This document shows positions 39,401 through 48,164 of a stretch of DNA of 64,000 nucleotides, piece by piece (position 1 is the first letter of the stretch; each line of letters opens with the position of its first letter). Under the pieces are notes generated by a model. It was not told the origin of the DNA. It saw nothing but the letters and a program-made list of their open reading frames with translations, and did not search any database. This DNA comes from Caulobacterales bacterium RIFCSPHIGHO2_01_FULL_70_19 (lineage in GTDB: Bacteria > Pseudomonadota > Alphaproteobacteria > Caulobacterales > Caulobacteraceae). Made by a program: the position numbers and the translations under genes. The stretch is taken from NCBI GenBank assembly GCA_001794825.1, contig MGLK01000026.1, forward strand, positions 19,619 to 83,618. Reading direction: 5' to 3'.

Positions 39401-40651
39401 CTAATTGAACATCCGCCTGACCGTCCTCGACAGCCAGTCCCAGAAGGACCTTCGATCCACCGTGATCCGGGCCTCCACCGGGGTTCCGGGCCGCACATCT
39501 GCGAACTCCGGCCGACGCCGTAGACTGCCTGCATCGATTTCTACGTTGACCCGGAAATAGGAGCCCTGCGGCAACGTAGAGGAAATGAGGTCCGCAGAGG
39601 GCAGGGCGGTCGCCGAAATCCCCAAGACCTTGCCCCGCACCCGGCCGAACCGTCGCTGAGGCAGGGTGTCGAACCCAACCGTTGCCGGTTGTCCGGCGGC
39701 GATCAACCCGACGTCGGAGGCGGGCATGAGGAGCTCGGCGACGGCTTTGCCGGGCCCCGCAATGAAACCTATGGCCCCGCCGGAATTCAAATGCTGGGAT
39801 CCGACGTTGGGGACCAGCGTGAGGACGCCCGCCCTCGGAGCCGACACGAGATACCGTCCATCAGCTTGGAGCTGAGCGAGCTGTCCACCCAACCGGGCGC
39901 GCGTTTCCGTCGCCGTGGCCGAGGCCGCCTGCCTTTCGACCTCCGATCGCGCCCCTGATTCTTCCTGCTCGGCGATCTGACGCCGCAGCCCTTCCGCGGC
40001 GGCCGACAATGCTAGGTGTTCGGACTTCAAACTAAGCAACTGATCCTGCCGACGGAGCAGCTCGGACCGTGTGAGATATCCCCGCGCGGCGATCTCCTCG
40101 GCGTTTCGGGCCTGTTCTTCGGCAAGGGTGATGCGTCCGTTCATCAAGCCGATCTGGCTCTCCACCTGACTGAGTTCCTGCCTGAGACTCACGGCATTGC
40201 GCTTGGCGATCCGGGATGAGAGGCTAAGTTGATCGGCCCGGAGGTCAGCGGCCAAGGCCGCCGCCTCAAGCTCTTCGCGCGCCGCGTTTTCGCGCACATT
40301 CCAAGGATTGTTGGACCCAGAGTTGTCGGCCAATGCGATGGAGGCGATCGGCTGGCCGGCGAAAACGTGCGAGCCGTCTTCGACGTGTAGCTCACGAACA
40401 AGCCCGCCACGATCGGCAACGACCCGGACGATGCCGCCTTGGGGGGTGAGTATTCCCCGGCCCGAGACAGTGGAAGGAAAGCGGATGAAGGAGCAGGTCA
40501 GGGCTGCCGTAAAGACAAGGCCGGTCAGAACGAGGCTAAGCCGGGCTGTTAGAGGGGGGAGGGCGAGAAAAACGGCGCCTTCCCCACGACGGCTGATGCC
40601 GAGCAGGGCTTCCGAACGAAAGAGGCTGTTGTCGTCCTGCGGGTCTGCCAT
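39401..40651 (-). CDS. HlyD-family membrane fusion protein (CvaA/LcnD-like secretion accessory protein)
   Basis: 'LFRSEAL' N-terminus, single TM, barrel-sandwich 'VVADRGGLVRELHVEDGSHVFAGQPIA', long coiled coil. Confidence 0.88.
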   Translation of the reverse strand: MADPQDDNSLFRSEALLGISRRGEGAVFLALPPLTARLSLVLTGLVFTAALTCSFIRFPSTVSGRGILTPQGGIVRVVADRGGLVRELHVEDGSHVFAGQPIASIALADNSGSNNPWNVRENAAREELEAAALAADLRADQLSLSSRIAKRNAVSLRQELSQVESQIGLMNGRITLAEEQARNAEEIAARGYLTRSELLRRQDQLLSLKSEHLALSAAAEGLRRQIAEQEESGARSEVERQAASATATETRARLGGQLAQLQADGRYLVSAPRAGVLTLVPNVGSQHLNSGGAIGFIAGPGKAVAELLMPASDVGLIAAGQPATVGFDTLPQRRFGRVRGKVLGISATALPSADLISSTLPQGSYFRVNVEIDAGSLRRRPEFADVRPGTPVEARITVDRRSFWDWLSRTVRRMFN

Positions 40652-40660
40652 GCGCTACGG

Positions 40661-41791
40661 TTAAGCCGCAGACGCGCGTTCGTCCAAAACGTTCATAGCG
40701 GCAGACGGTATAGGGCCGAGCGCTTTCATGAACGCCGATTTGGGCAAAGAATCGAAACGGCTCCGAAGGGCTTTGGCCGACAGTTCTGCGGAACAGGTGC
40801 GGGGATCGAAGGTGAATTGGTCGTCCTTGGACGCCAGGTAGCGCGCGAAGGGCTCCAGAACCATGGTGTCCTCGCTGTGGAGCTCCTGCCAGATGAACTG
40901 CCCGGCTTCGTTCACCTCGAAAAAGACCCATTCGCCCTCCCGGCTCATCGCGAGGTCGAACGTCCCGAACCGGATGTCCAGCAGAGACATGATCTGCTTC
41001 AACTTCGTAAGAAGCCAGTCTTCGACGCTAAACGCTTGGAGGGTATTCAGGTAGGAGAGGTTCTGTCGCCAATCGCTGGCTAGGTCGGGGTCCTCCGGCA
41101 CCAGGATCTTGGACGCTGCGACATAGTTTCCGAAGATCGTAATGCGGACCTCGAAGGCCTTTGAAATATACTCTTGGTAGATTGTCGGCGACAGTTCGAC
41201 CGCGTCCTGCGGAAGTTCCTCGGGCGCCCGAATGACAGTCGTAAAGGCTGATATAATGCCCTCTTCCGTCTTCCAGTTGGCGTTGAAGTGGGTTTTCGTG
41301 CAGATTGCCTTTCTCGCCGCCAGAAAAGCTAGAACCTCCTCGTGATCATTACCGATCAAAGTGTCGGGGACACGCAGGCCGACCGCTTTTGCCGCTCGTA
41401 GTTGTGCGAACTTGTCGCCGCCACGAAGAATGCCCCGCGCCGGATTGACGGCGAATCCATCTTCCGAAAGCAAGGAGACGCTACGCGCGAAAGCGAATGC
41501 GCTTCCCTCGAGGAATGGCAGATCGGCCGGATGATATGAGCGCGGCTCAAAAGGGTGGGTGAGCCGCCGACGGTTCCACTGCGTGTCGATAGAGTCCAGC
41601 GGCAAGCGCTCATGCTGCGACCGGACTTGGAGCCACTCGCTCTCCGCGTCCGTGGCAAGGGAGAACCCCCCGTCTCTGAGGATAGGATCGACTACGATGA
41701 GGTGGCTCTCATGCCCCGTCGCGGTCAGCACGGCGTCGACATAGACCGCATGAGAATCCCGAGGTTCCGTAACCGTCAAGATGGTAGTCAT
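40661..41791 (-). CDS. ATP-grasp ligase of the RimK/MdnC-MvdD type (graspetide macrocyclase candidate)
   Basis: 'IYQEYISKAFEVRITIFGNYVAAS' and Mg/ATP motif 'FGTFDLAMSREGEWVFFEVNEAGQFIW' (compare E-I-N-P-x-G-Q-W of microviridin ligases). ATG 41791 overlaps the upstream TGA. Confidence 0.8.
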   Translation of the reverse strand: MTTILTVTEPRDSHAVYVDAVLTATGHESHLIVVDPILRDGGFSLATDAESEWLQVRSQHERLPLDSIDTQWNRRRLTHPFEPRSYHPADLPFLEGSAFAFARSVSLLSEDGFAVNPARGILRGGDKFAQLRAAKAVGLRVPDTLIGNDHEEVLAFLAARKAICTKTHFNANWKTEEGIISAFTTVIRAPEELPQDAVELSPTIYQEYISKAFEVRITIFGNYVAASKILVPEDPDLASDWRQNLSYLNTLQAFSVEDWLLTKLKQIMSLLDIRFGTFDLAMSREGEWVFFEVNEAGQFIWQELHSEDTMVLEPFARYLASKDDQFTFDPRTCSAELSAKALRSRFDSLPKSAFMKALGPIPSAAMNVLDERASAA

Positions 41792-42489
41792 GGGCGCGTT
41801 CCTGAGGCGGATTGATCTCGAGCGCAAAGCTGGTCCAGGAGAGGAATGCTCTCTGTGAGCGAGATGTCCATGCCGATCGCCTTCCGTCGCCCGTCCGCCG
41901 CCGAAATCGAGTCGACGGTCCCTCGATCAAAACGCCCATCGGCGCACACGCGATTGGTGCCATATGGTTGCGGCGTCCCCCGTGCCAACGCGATCCGATC
42001 CGCCGTCCGCGCGTAGTGATCCGGGTCAAGAGATCGCCGCGTCACGGCATCTCGCATGCCGCTAAGAACTCCTGCACGTAGAGCCGTCCCGTCAAGGTCA
42101 TCCCGATCAGGCACGTGTTGAAGAAGCAGCCACAAAGCCCGCTCGCCATCGGATCCAAGTCTCGGCCAACCGCCAGTCGCAACTATCGCCGCGACCCGAC
42201 GTGAGTTGGCGTCAATGATCTCCCGGCGGATCGTGCGCGTGCAGTCATCGGTGTTGGAGGGAGGTGGTTGTCTGCCCCAGCAGTCCGGCGGCACAGCCGT
42301 CAGCGAAAGCGCTGCTTGATCTGCGGCAGCCCGAAGCACGAGCTCCGAAGCCAGACAGGAGGTGTCAGAAATTTCACAAGCAAGATTGGTCGCGGCTTCC
42401 AGAGACGGCGGCCCGTCTCCGAAGGGGGTTACCGCCGGAGCCTGTTGGAGAAGCAAAGCCAGCAATAGGAAGTGGGCGAAGCTGTGCAT
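41788..42489 (-). CDS. Secreted hypothetical protein (first gene of the RiPP operon; immunity or accessory candidate)
   Basis: 233 aa from ATG 42489 with signal-like 'MHSFAHFLLLALLLQQAPA'. The rest of track ORF 41788..42783 is read-through. Confidence 0.55.
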   Translation of the reverse strand: MHSFAHFLLLALLLQQAPAVTPFGDGPPSLEAATNLACEISDTSCLASELVLRAAADQAALSLTAVPPDCWGRQPPPSNTDDCTRTIRREIIDANSRRVAAIVATGGWPRLGSDGERALWLLLQHVPDRDDLDGTALRAGVLSGMRDAVTRRSLDPDHYARTADRIALARGTPQPYGTNRVCADGRFDRGTVDSISAADGRRKAIGMDISLTESIPLLDQLCARDQSASGTRP

Positions 42490-42613
42490 ATCTGAACATT
42501 CGCATCGGGCAGGTTGTGACGCAATGCGCAGCCAAACACAGGGTTGTGAAGTGACGGATACAACCTTCGCGGAAATGATGGATCGCTGTTTCAGCAAGCA
42601 ATAGGAGGTTGAA

Positions 42614-42799
42614 GTGACTACAAGGCCCCTTGCTCGAGTACACGCTGTCGGCCGAACCCTTTCGCGAGAGGATGCGGCCAAGATCGGCGGCGGTGGAGAT
42701 GGCGGTGGCGATACGCTGTGCGTTTCACCCACCGAGATCACCCACGGTGATCCGCCCGAAACCATCCCCGACGAGAAGATCATCCGAGACGCTCAGTAG
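42614..42799 (+). CDS. Candidate RiPP precursor peptide with double-glycine leader (graspetide-type core)
   Basis: AGGAGG 5 nt upstream of GTG 42614. 61 aa 'MTTRPLARVHAVGRTLSREDAAKIGGGGDGGGDTLCVSPTEITHGDPPETIPDEKIIRDAQ'. 'LSREDAAKIGGG' fits the L-S-x-x-E/D-x-x-x-I-x-G-G leader. A strong terminator follows immediately. Divergent from the ATP-grasp/PCAT operon. Confidence 0.7.
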   Translation: MTTRPLARVHAVGRTLSREDAAKIGGGGDGGGDTLCVSPTEITHGDPPETIPDEKIIRDAQ

Positions 42800-42801
42800 C
42801 G

Positions 42802-42837
42802 GAAAGGCCCGGCGAAGCCGGGCCTTTCTATTTGTAT
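42802..42837 (+). terminator. Rho-independent terminator after the precursor peptide gene
   Basis: GAAAGGCCCGGC-gaag-GCCGGGCCTTTC perfect hairpin followed by the T-rich 'TATTTGTAT'. Confidence 0.85.
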
Positions 42838-43085
42838 GGTGTCACAGGCCTACTGGTACCTGACCGCTCCAGCGTTGGGACCCGCTCGGATTGAAGCGCC
42901 GAGGGTCTCTACAGCACCATGACTTGGGAGTGCGCTTCCAGCATTGCGTCCGCCAACCGCACGGCCGCTCCCGCGAGCGCTATGCCCGAGGCCGAACGGA
43001 CCGACACCATTCTGACTGGCGACGAACCCTTGGGCGCGACCAGCGTGCAGAGAGACGCTGGACTCCCAACCTATCGCCGGGACTA

Positions 43086-43948
43086 GGGCCAATCCACATT
43101 CAGGGATTCACGCGAGCTATGATGCGTGATTCATAGGTCTCCGCATTGGCGGAGGTCGGGATGGGTGTGAAGCGTTACGAGCTGACGGACGGACAGTGGG
43201 AGCGGATCGCTCCGCTGTTGCCGGGCAAGCCGACGGACCCCGGCCGGACAGGGTCGGACAACCGGCAGTTCGTGAACGGGGTGCTCTGGGTGCTGAGGTC
43301 AGGCGCCCACTGGCGCGATCTGCCGGAGCGCTACGGCAAGTGGAAGACGGCGCATACCCGCTTCAGCCGCTGGGCGCGAAAGGGCGTCTGGGAGCAGGTC
43401 TTCGACGAGCTGACCCGCGACCGGGACAACGCCTATCTGATGCTGGATTCGACGCTGGTGCGGGCGCATCAGCAGGCGACGGCGGGTCGGGGTTCCGGCC
43501 GAAAAAGGGGGGCCTCGACCCGGCTGTGGGGCGTTCCCGAGGTGGACTGACCACCAAGATCCACATGGCCTGCGACGGTCAGGGCCGACCCGTCCGCTTC
43601 CTGCTCGCGCCGGGCCAGGCCAGCGACGTCCAGGCCGCACCGGCCCTGCTGGAGGGCTTCCGCCCCGCCGCCGTCCTGGCCGACCGCGCCTATGACTCCA
43701 TGGCCCTGCGAGACCGGATCGACGCCATCGGCGCCGAGGCCGTCATCCCCTCGACCCGCTCGCGCAAGACCCCCATCCCGCACGACCGCGATCTCTACCG
43801 GCTGCGCAACCGCATCGAGCGCTGCTTCGCAAAGCTCAAGCACTTCCGCCGCTTCGCCACCCGCTACGACAGGCTCGCCGTCCACTTCCTCGGCTTCATC
43901 CACCTGGCCGCCGCCATGATCTGGATGCGGTGAATGTCGATTCGTCCT
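43086..43948 (+). mobile_element. IS5-family insertion sequence (IS427-group-like), about 0.86 kb
   Basis: Imperfect terminal inverted repeats: left CTAGGGCCAATCCACATTCA (43083-) against the reverse complement of the right end, CTAGGACGAATCGACATTCA (-43950). TA/CTAG-type flanks. Two-frame DDE transposase inside. Confidence 0.85.
43146..43933 (+). CDS. IS5-family DDE transposase expressed by programmed -1 frameshift (orfA 43146..43550, orfB frame to 43933)
   Basis: orfA 'YELTDGQWERIAPLLPG...NGVLWVLRSGAHWRDLP'. orfB 'LADRAYDS...RNRIERCFAKLKHFRRFATRYD'. The frames switch by -1 at the A5G6 run GAAAAAGGGGGG (43501-43512). Confidence 0.88.
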
Positions 43949-44215
43949 AGGGCCGCCTGAGGGGGCATCCTTTTGACGGCACCTGAAACGCTCGAAACCC
44001 TCCGATCACGCGATGTGCAACATCGCCCGCGAGTCTCACGCGAAGTTGATAGGTGCCGGAAATCGTGCTAATTGAATTGAATTCTTGCGATGTGCTGAAG
44101 TTAATTCGCGCGCGCCAATAGCTCGCGAACTCGGCCGCCGCCAGAGTTGCGATACGCCGTATTCGGAGTCGTGACTTGTCCTCCCACCAGCCGGAGGACT
44201 TGCGCGTGACCGAAC

Positions 44216-44240
44216 TGTCGTTTTCTCAGGACCCTCATCC
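44216..44240 (+). repeat. Tn5053/Tn402-type terminal inverted repeat (tni-proximal end)
   Basis: TGTCGTTTTCTCAGGACCCTCATCC. The first 10 nt are identical, and about 14 of the first 17 nt match, the TGTCGTTTTCAGAAGAC... ends of the Tn402/Tn5053 family. Lies 280 nt upstream of tniA and reads inward. Confidence 0.7.
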
Positions 44241-44495
44241 GCCACATCGCGAAGACCCCCTTGCGGGGTTGCCCGAGTGCGTGATCATCGCCACGGAGCA
44301 GCTTCTCTGCGAACTGCTTGAAGCGGCGGACGCCGAAGTCGACCTGGACAACTGGGACGTCCAGGCCGCTGAACTGGACGTGGCCGTGAAGGGCGCCAGA
44401 ACCGGCTGGCTGGTTACAGTCACCGATCTGTCCACGCGGTCGATCCTTGGGTCGACGACGGTGTTCGAGCCAACCTCAGCCGCGGCGATTGCAGC

Positions 44496-46112
44496 ATGAG
44501 CGCTGTCGAACCGATCGCCGGCGGCGACCTGGAGAGCATGTCGGAGGAGCGGTTTGCGCAACTGGCTGCTCGGGCTCGCGGAATCGCCGACCTCGCGACG
44601 CGCGAGCATAGAACCGTCTGGGACGTGGAGTCGGCGGCGGATCGCGCCGGTGTCAGCCGGGCGACCGTCTACCGGGACCTGCAACGGGCTCGAGGGGAGG
44701 GGAGGACGACCATCCGCGACCTGGCGGGTCGCACGGGCGGCTTCCCCAAAGGCCGGAGCCGTCTTCACCCCCATGTCGAGGCTGTCGTCGCGGAGGCGCT
44801 GAGGGGCCATTACCTCTCGCCCAACAAGCCGCCCTTGACGGAAACGGTGAAGGTCATTGACGGCGCCTGTGAACGGCTTGGGCTGCCTGGTCCGAGATAC
44901 GCAACGGTTCGACGTCGCCTTCTGAAAATGAACCGCGCAGCGGTGCTCGGCCGTCGCGACGGGAAGAAAGCCCGTGAGGCTGCGACGGCCAGGCCCGGCA
45001 GCTATGAGATCAAGCACCCTTGGGATTGCTGGCAGATCGATCACACCAAGGCCGACGTCATCATCGTCGACAAGGAGAGTCGCAAGCCGGTCGGGCGCCC
45101 TTGGCTGACCGTCATCATCGACGTCGCCACCCGTATGGTCGTAGGCTTCTACGTATCTCTTGAGCCGCCCTCGATCTTGCGAGCTGGCGCCGCCCTCGAC
45201 CAGGCGGTTCGGCCCAAGGGGCCCTGGCTGAAGCAGTTGGGGCTCGACTATCGCTGGCCGGTCGAGGGTCTTCCCAAGCTCATCCATTCCGATCGTGCCG
45301 GCGAATTCCAGTCTCGCGCCTTCGAACGGGCGTTGGCCAATCAGGGAGTCGAAACCTTCCTCCGTCCTGCCGGGAAAGCCCATTGGGGCGGCCACATCGA
45401 GCGGATGATCGGCACGATGATGGGCAGGTGCAAGATGCTGCCCGGCGCCACTCAGGGGAATCCCAAAGCGCGCGGCGACTACGACGCCAGCAAGGGCGCT
45501 GCCCTGGATATCGACCAGCTTGAACTATGGTTTGCTCACCAAATCCTCGGGGAGTACCACAACACCGTCCATAGCTCGCTCGGCTGCACACCTCTTGAGG
45601 CCTGGGAGCGCAAGGCAGCCGGGCTCCATCCGCGCCGACCGGACGACCCGGAAAGCTTTCGGATCGATCTGTTTCCAGAAATCACGCGCACCCTGACACG
45701 CACAGGCTTGAAGGCGTTCGGGGAGGAGTATGCGTCAGAAGACACCACGCTCGCTTACGCTGAAGGTCGCACCAAGGCCCGGCTGAAGTTCGATCCCCGG
45801 AACCTGGGCTGTCTCTACCTTCAAACGGCCGGTCGATGGGTTCGCGTGCTATATCGCCTGCCGAACCATTCCGGGCGCTACCCGACGCTGTGGTTCTACA
45901 ACTACGCCCGTCGGCTCGCCAAAGTGCTTGGCGCACCCCTCGAGGGCATCATGGCGCGCGCCGCCCGCGAAAAGGCCGAGGAGCTGCTCCACGGCGAGGC
46001 TCATAGCTCCCGCATCGCCCGCCTCGCCGTTGAGCGCCTCCGACAGGCCCGCGTCGCCACGGAAGCGCCGCCGGCCCAGGATCACGATGACAGCTGGGGA
46101 GGCGCGCTTTGA
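44496..46112 (+). CDS. tniA: TniA-type DDE transposase (Mu/Tn7 TnsB-like integrase core)
   Basis: HTH 'AGVSRATVYRDLQRA'. DDE core 'WQIDHTKADVIIVD', 'LTVIIDVATRMVVG', 'IHSDRAGEFQS...GHIERMIGT'. Confidence 0.9.
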   Translation: MSAVEPIAGGDLESMSEERFAQLAARARGIADLATREHRTVWDVESAADRAGVSRATVYRDLQRARGEGRTTIRDLAGRTGGFPKGRSRLHPHVEAVVAEALRGHYLSPNKPPLTETVKVIDGACERLGLPGPRYATVRRRLLKMNRAAVLGRRDGKKAREAATARPGSYEIKHPWDCWQIDHTKADVIIVDKESRKPVGRPWLTVIIDVATRMVVGFYVSLEPPSILRAGAALDQAVRPKGPWLKQLGLDYRWPVEGLPKLIHSDRAGEFQSRAFERALANQGVETFLRPAGKAHWGGHIERMIGTMMGRCKMLPGATQGNPKARGDYDASKGAALDIDQLELWFAHQILGEYHNTVHSSLGCTPLEAWERKAAGLHPRRPDDPESFRIDLFPEITRTLTRTGLKAFGEEYASEDTTLAYAEGRTKARLKFDPRNLGCLYLQTAGRWVRVLYRLPNHSGRYPTLWFYNYARRLAKVLGAPLEGIMARAAREKAEELLHGEAHSSRIARLAVERLRQARVATEAPPAQDHDDSWGGAL

Positions 46113-46999
46113 CCGACGACATCGGCGACCCCTTCGCTCACCTGGATGACCGAGTGAAGGCCCACGCCCTGGCGACCGATGCGTCGCGCCTGGCGCTCAT
46201 CTCCAGCGATTGGTGGATCTCCTATCCGCCGGGCGAGGAGGTGATCACCCGTCTCTTCGAACTGATCGATCTGCCGCTCCGCCAAAGGCCGCCGTCGATT
46301 GTCGTTCATGCTCCGCCCAACTACGGCAAGACGGCGATCATCACCCGGTTCATGGCCCTCTATGCCGGGCGGGTCTCCCGCGATGAGGCGGATCGGGATG
46401 GGGTCGTAGTGATCCAGGCGCCGCCGACTGTGGACGAGAAGCGTCTGTACCTTGAGATCCTCAACGCGATCGGAGCCAGCGCCCCGAATACGACCACGGC
46501 CAAGCTTCGCTCCATGGTCGTCAATCAACTACGCCAGCGTCGTACGCGCTTGTTGATCATCGACGAGTTGCAGCATGCCCTGGGCCAGCGCGCCAGCGCA
46601 CAGCAGGTGGTTCTCAACACCCTGAAGTACCTGTCCAACGAACTGAGCCTGTCCATCGCGGGGTTCGGATCCCGAGAGTCGAAGGCGCTTGTCTATTCCG
46701 ACGAGCACCTCGCCCAACGCTTCGAAGTCGTAGCCCTGCCGGCCTGGGACAAGAAGCACAGCTGGGTGGTCGACGTCGTTCGTCAGCGCATCACCCTGTT
46801 TCCGTTGCGACGGCCGACTGTGATCGACCGGTCCTTCATGAACCTGCTGCTGCAGCTCTGTGGGCCGACGGGCGGGCGCATGCTGGCCATGCTGGAACGC
46901 TGCGCCCGATCGGCGATCCGTGACGGCAGCGAGCAGCTTTCCGTCGAGCTGCTGGAAGCCGTGGCGCTCAAGGGCGAGCGGCTCGAACATGGGGTTTGA
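46109..46999 (+). CDS. tniB: TniB-type AAA+ ATPase (transposition helper)
   Basis: Walker A 'HAPPNYGKTAI', Walker B 'LLIIDELQHAL'. 4-nt overlap with tniA. Confidence 0.9.
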   Translation: MTDDIGDPFAHLDDRVKAHALATDASRLALISSDWWISYPPGEEVITRLFELIDLPLRQRPPSIVVHAPPNYGKTAIITRFMALYAGRVSRDEADRDGVVVIQAPPTVDEKRLYLEILNAIGASAPNTTTAKLRSMVVNQLRQRRTRLLIIDELQHALGQRASAQQVVLNTLKYLSNELSLSIAGFGSRESKALVYSDEHLAQRFEVVALPAWDKKHSWVVDVVRQRITLFPLRRPTVIDRSFMNLLLQLCGPTGGRMLAMLERCARSAIRDGSEQLSVELLEAVALKGERLEHGV

Positions 47000-48020
47000 T
47001 CGGCCTCACGGCGCGACGCTCTCGTTCCCGGCCGTCAGACGGGAGGAAGGGGAGGCGCTCTCCTCCTGGCTCGCACGCATCGCCCGAGCGCATCTTCTCG
47101 ATATGGACCACGTCGCGGACGAGGTCGGTTGTCGCGTGCAGTTGGTCGACCACGCGCCTGCTGAAGAGATCCTTGCGCAGATCGCCCGCCGCACCGGCGT
47201 GGACCTCTACCAGGTTAGAGCGGCGGTGCATCCGCTGCTCACTGGATCTGATCGACCCTTGCGAGCGGAGTTGGACTGGCGCGTATGTCCCGCGTGCCTG
47301 GCGCAAGACGCCGGGGCGGGGAGGGCGCTCTTCGTGAGAACGGCGTGGACCCATCCCCTCGCGACGGTCTGCCTCGAGCACCGTTCGCCCCTCCTGACGC
47401 CAACCGCAGCGCAGGCCTCAGCGATGCTTCCGTCCGACGTCAGCTTGCCCCGCCAAGATCATGGGCTGTCCAGCATCGAGCGGGAGCCCCTCGACAGCCT
47501 TCTGCTCGCGGCCGAACGCGTCCGCCCAACCAAATCGATCACGCCAGACGTGGGCACCTTGGTCCGCGAAGTGCGGGATCTCGTCGACGCGCTGTCGGTC
47601 CAGATCAACCTCGCCTTAGGAACAGGAGCGGCGCTGACCCTCTTCGAAGAGCCTCGCCGTGGGCGTCACATCGCCCCGCTCGCGCTGACCCTGCCAGAGG
47701 ACATCTTGGCGGCGCTGGACCCGGCCGATCGGCTTCTGTTCGCGCGAGCCGCCATCGCTCTGCGCTGGCCTTCGCCCGGCTATCGTCAGGAGCGGGAGGT
47801 GCTGGGAGACTGGTTCTCCCGCGTTGTGGACGTCGTCGTGCCGAAGGGTCGGCGGCGGGTGATCGGCGATGTCGGCATGGACCCGCTGGGGCTGCTGGCT
47901 ATGGCGCTCCCTGTCCAGCCGTTCCATCAGCTACGGGCGAGAGCGGGGGGCTGGTCGGAAGAGTTTCGGGGACGTTGGGCGGCCGCCGAGCAACTGGCCG
48001 CCTTGGCTGGCCTCAACTGA
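46989..48020 (+). CDS. tniQ: TniQ-family transposition (target-selection) protein
   Basis: From ATG 46989: 'FPAVRREEGEALSSWLARIARAHLLD', the TniQ N-terminal signature, plus a Cys pair 'VCPACL'. Overlaps the tniB end by 11 nt. Confidence 0.8.
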   Translation: MGFDRPHGATLSFPAVRREEGEALSSWLARIARAHLLDMDHVADEVGCRVQLVDHAPAEEILAQIARRTGVDLYQVRAAVHPLLTGSDRPLRAELDWRVCPACLAQDAGAGRALFVRTAWTHPLATVCLEHRSPLLTPTAAQASAMLPSDVSLPRQDHGLSSIEREPLDSLLLAAERVRPTKSITPDVGTLVREVRDLVDALSVQINLALGTGAALTLFEEPRRGRHIAPLALTLPEDILAALDPADRLLFARAAIALRWPSPGYRQEREVLGDWFSRVVDVVVPKGRRRVIGDVGMDPLGLLAMALPVQPFHQLRARAGGWSEEFRGRWAAAEQLAALAGLN

Positions 48021-48035
48021 ACCGCGCTCCGAGGA

Positions 48036-48164
48036 TCACTCTCGATCATGCTTCCGGCGGATGTTGGGACCGCGCCAAGCCCGCGCCAGTGCCGAGAGGA
48101 GCGCCCCTAGGGCGAGCACGGCGAAGAAGGCCAGCACGACCGGTATCGAGAACTCGTCGAGCAT
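48036..48164 (-). CDS. Possible 42-aa hydrophobic peptide (not in the ORF track)
   Basis: GGAGGG 7 nt upstream of ATG 48164. 'MLDEFSIPVVLAFFAVLALGALLSALARAWRGPNIRRKHDRE*' is one TM segment plus a basic tail. Convergent with tniQ. Confidence 0.35.
   Translation of the reverse strand: MLDEFSIPVVLAFFAVLALGALLSALARAWRGPNIRRKHDRE

Noticed and set aside
42362-42604. 80-aa plus-strand ORF overlapping the 5' end of the secreted-protein gene.
   Set aside because: Most of it is antisense to the first gene of the RiPP operon. Only the last 26 codons, from ATG 42524, are intergenic, and those are reported separately at low confidence.
44176-44499. 107-aa ORF upstream of tniA.
   Set aside because: It begins outside and runs across the transposon terminal inverted repeat at 44216. 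It has no RBS or motif, and this interval in Tn5053-type elements normally holds transposase-binding repeats, not a gene.
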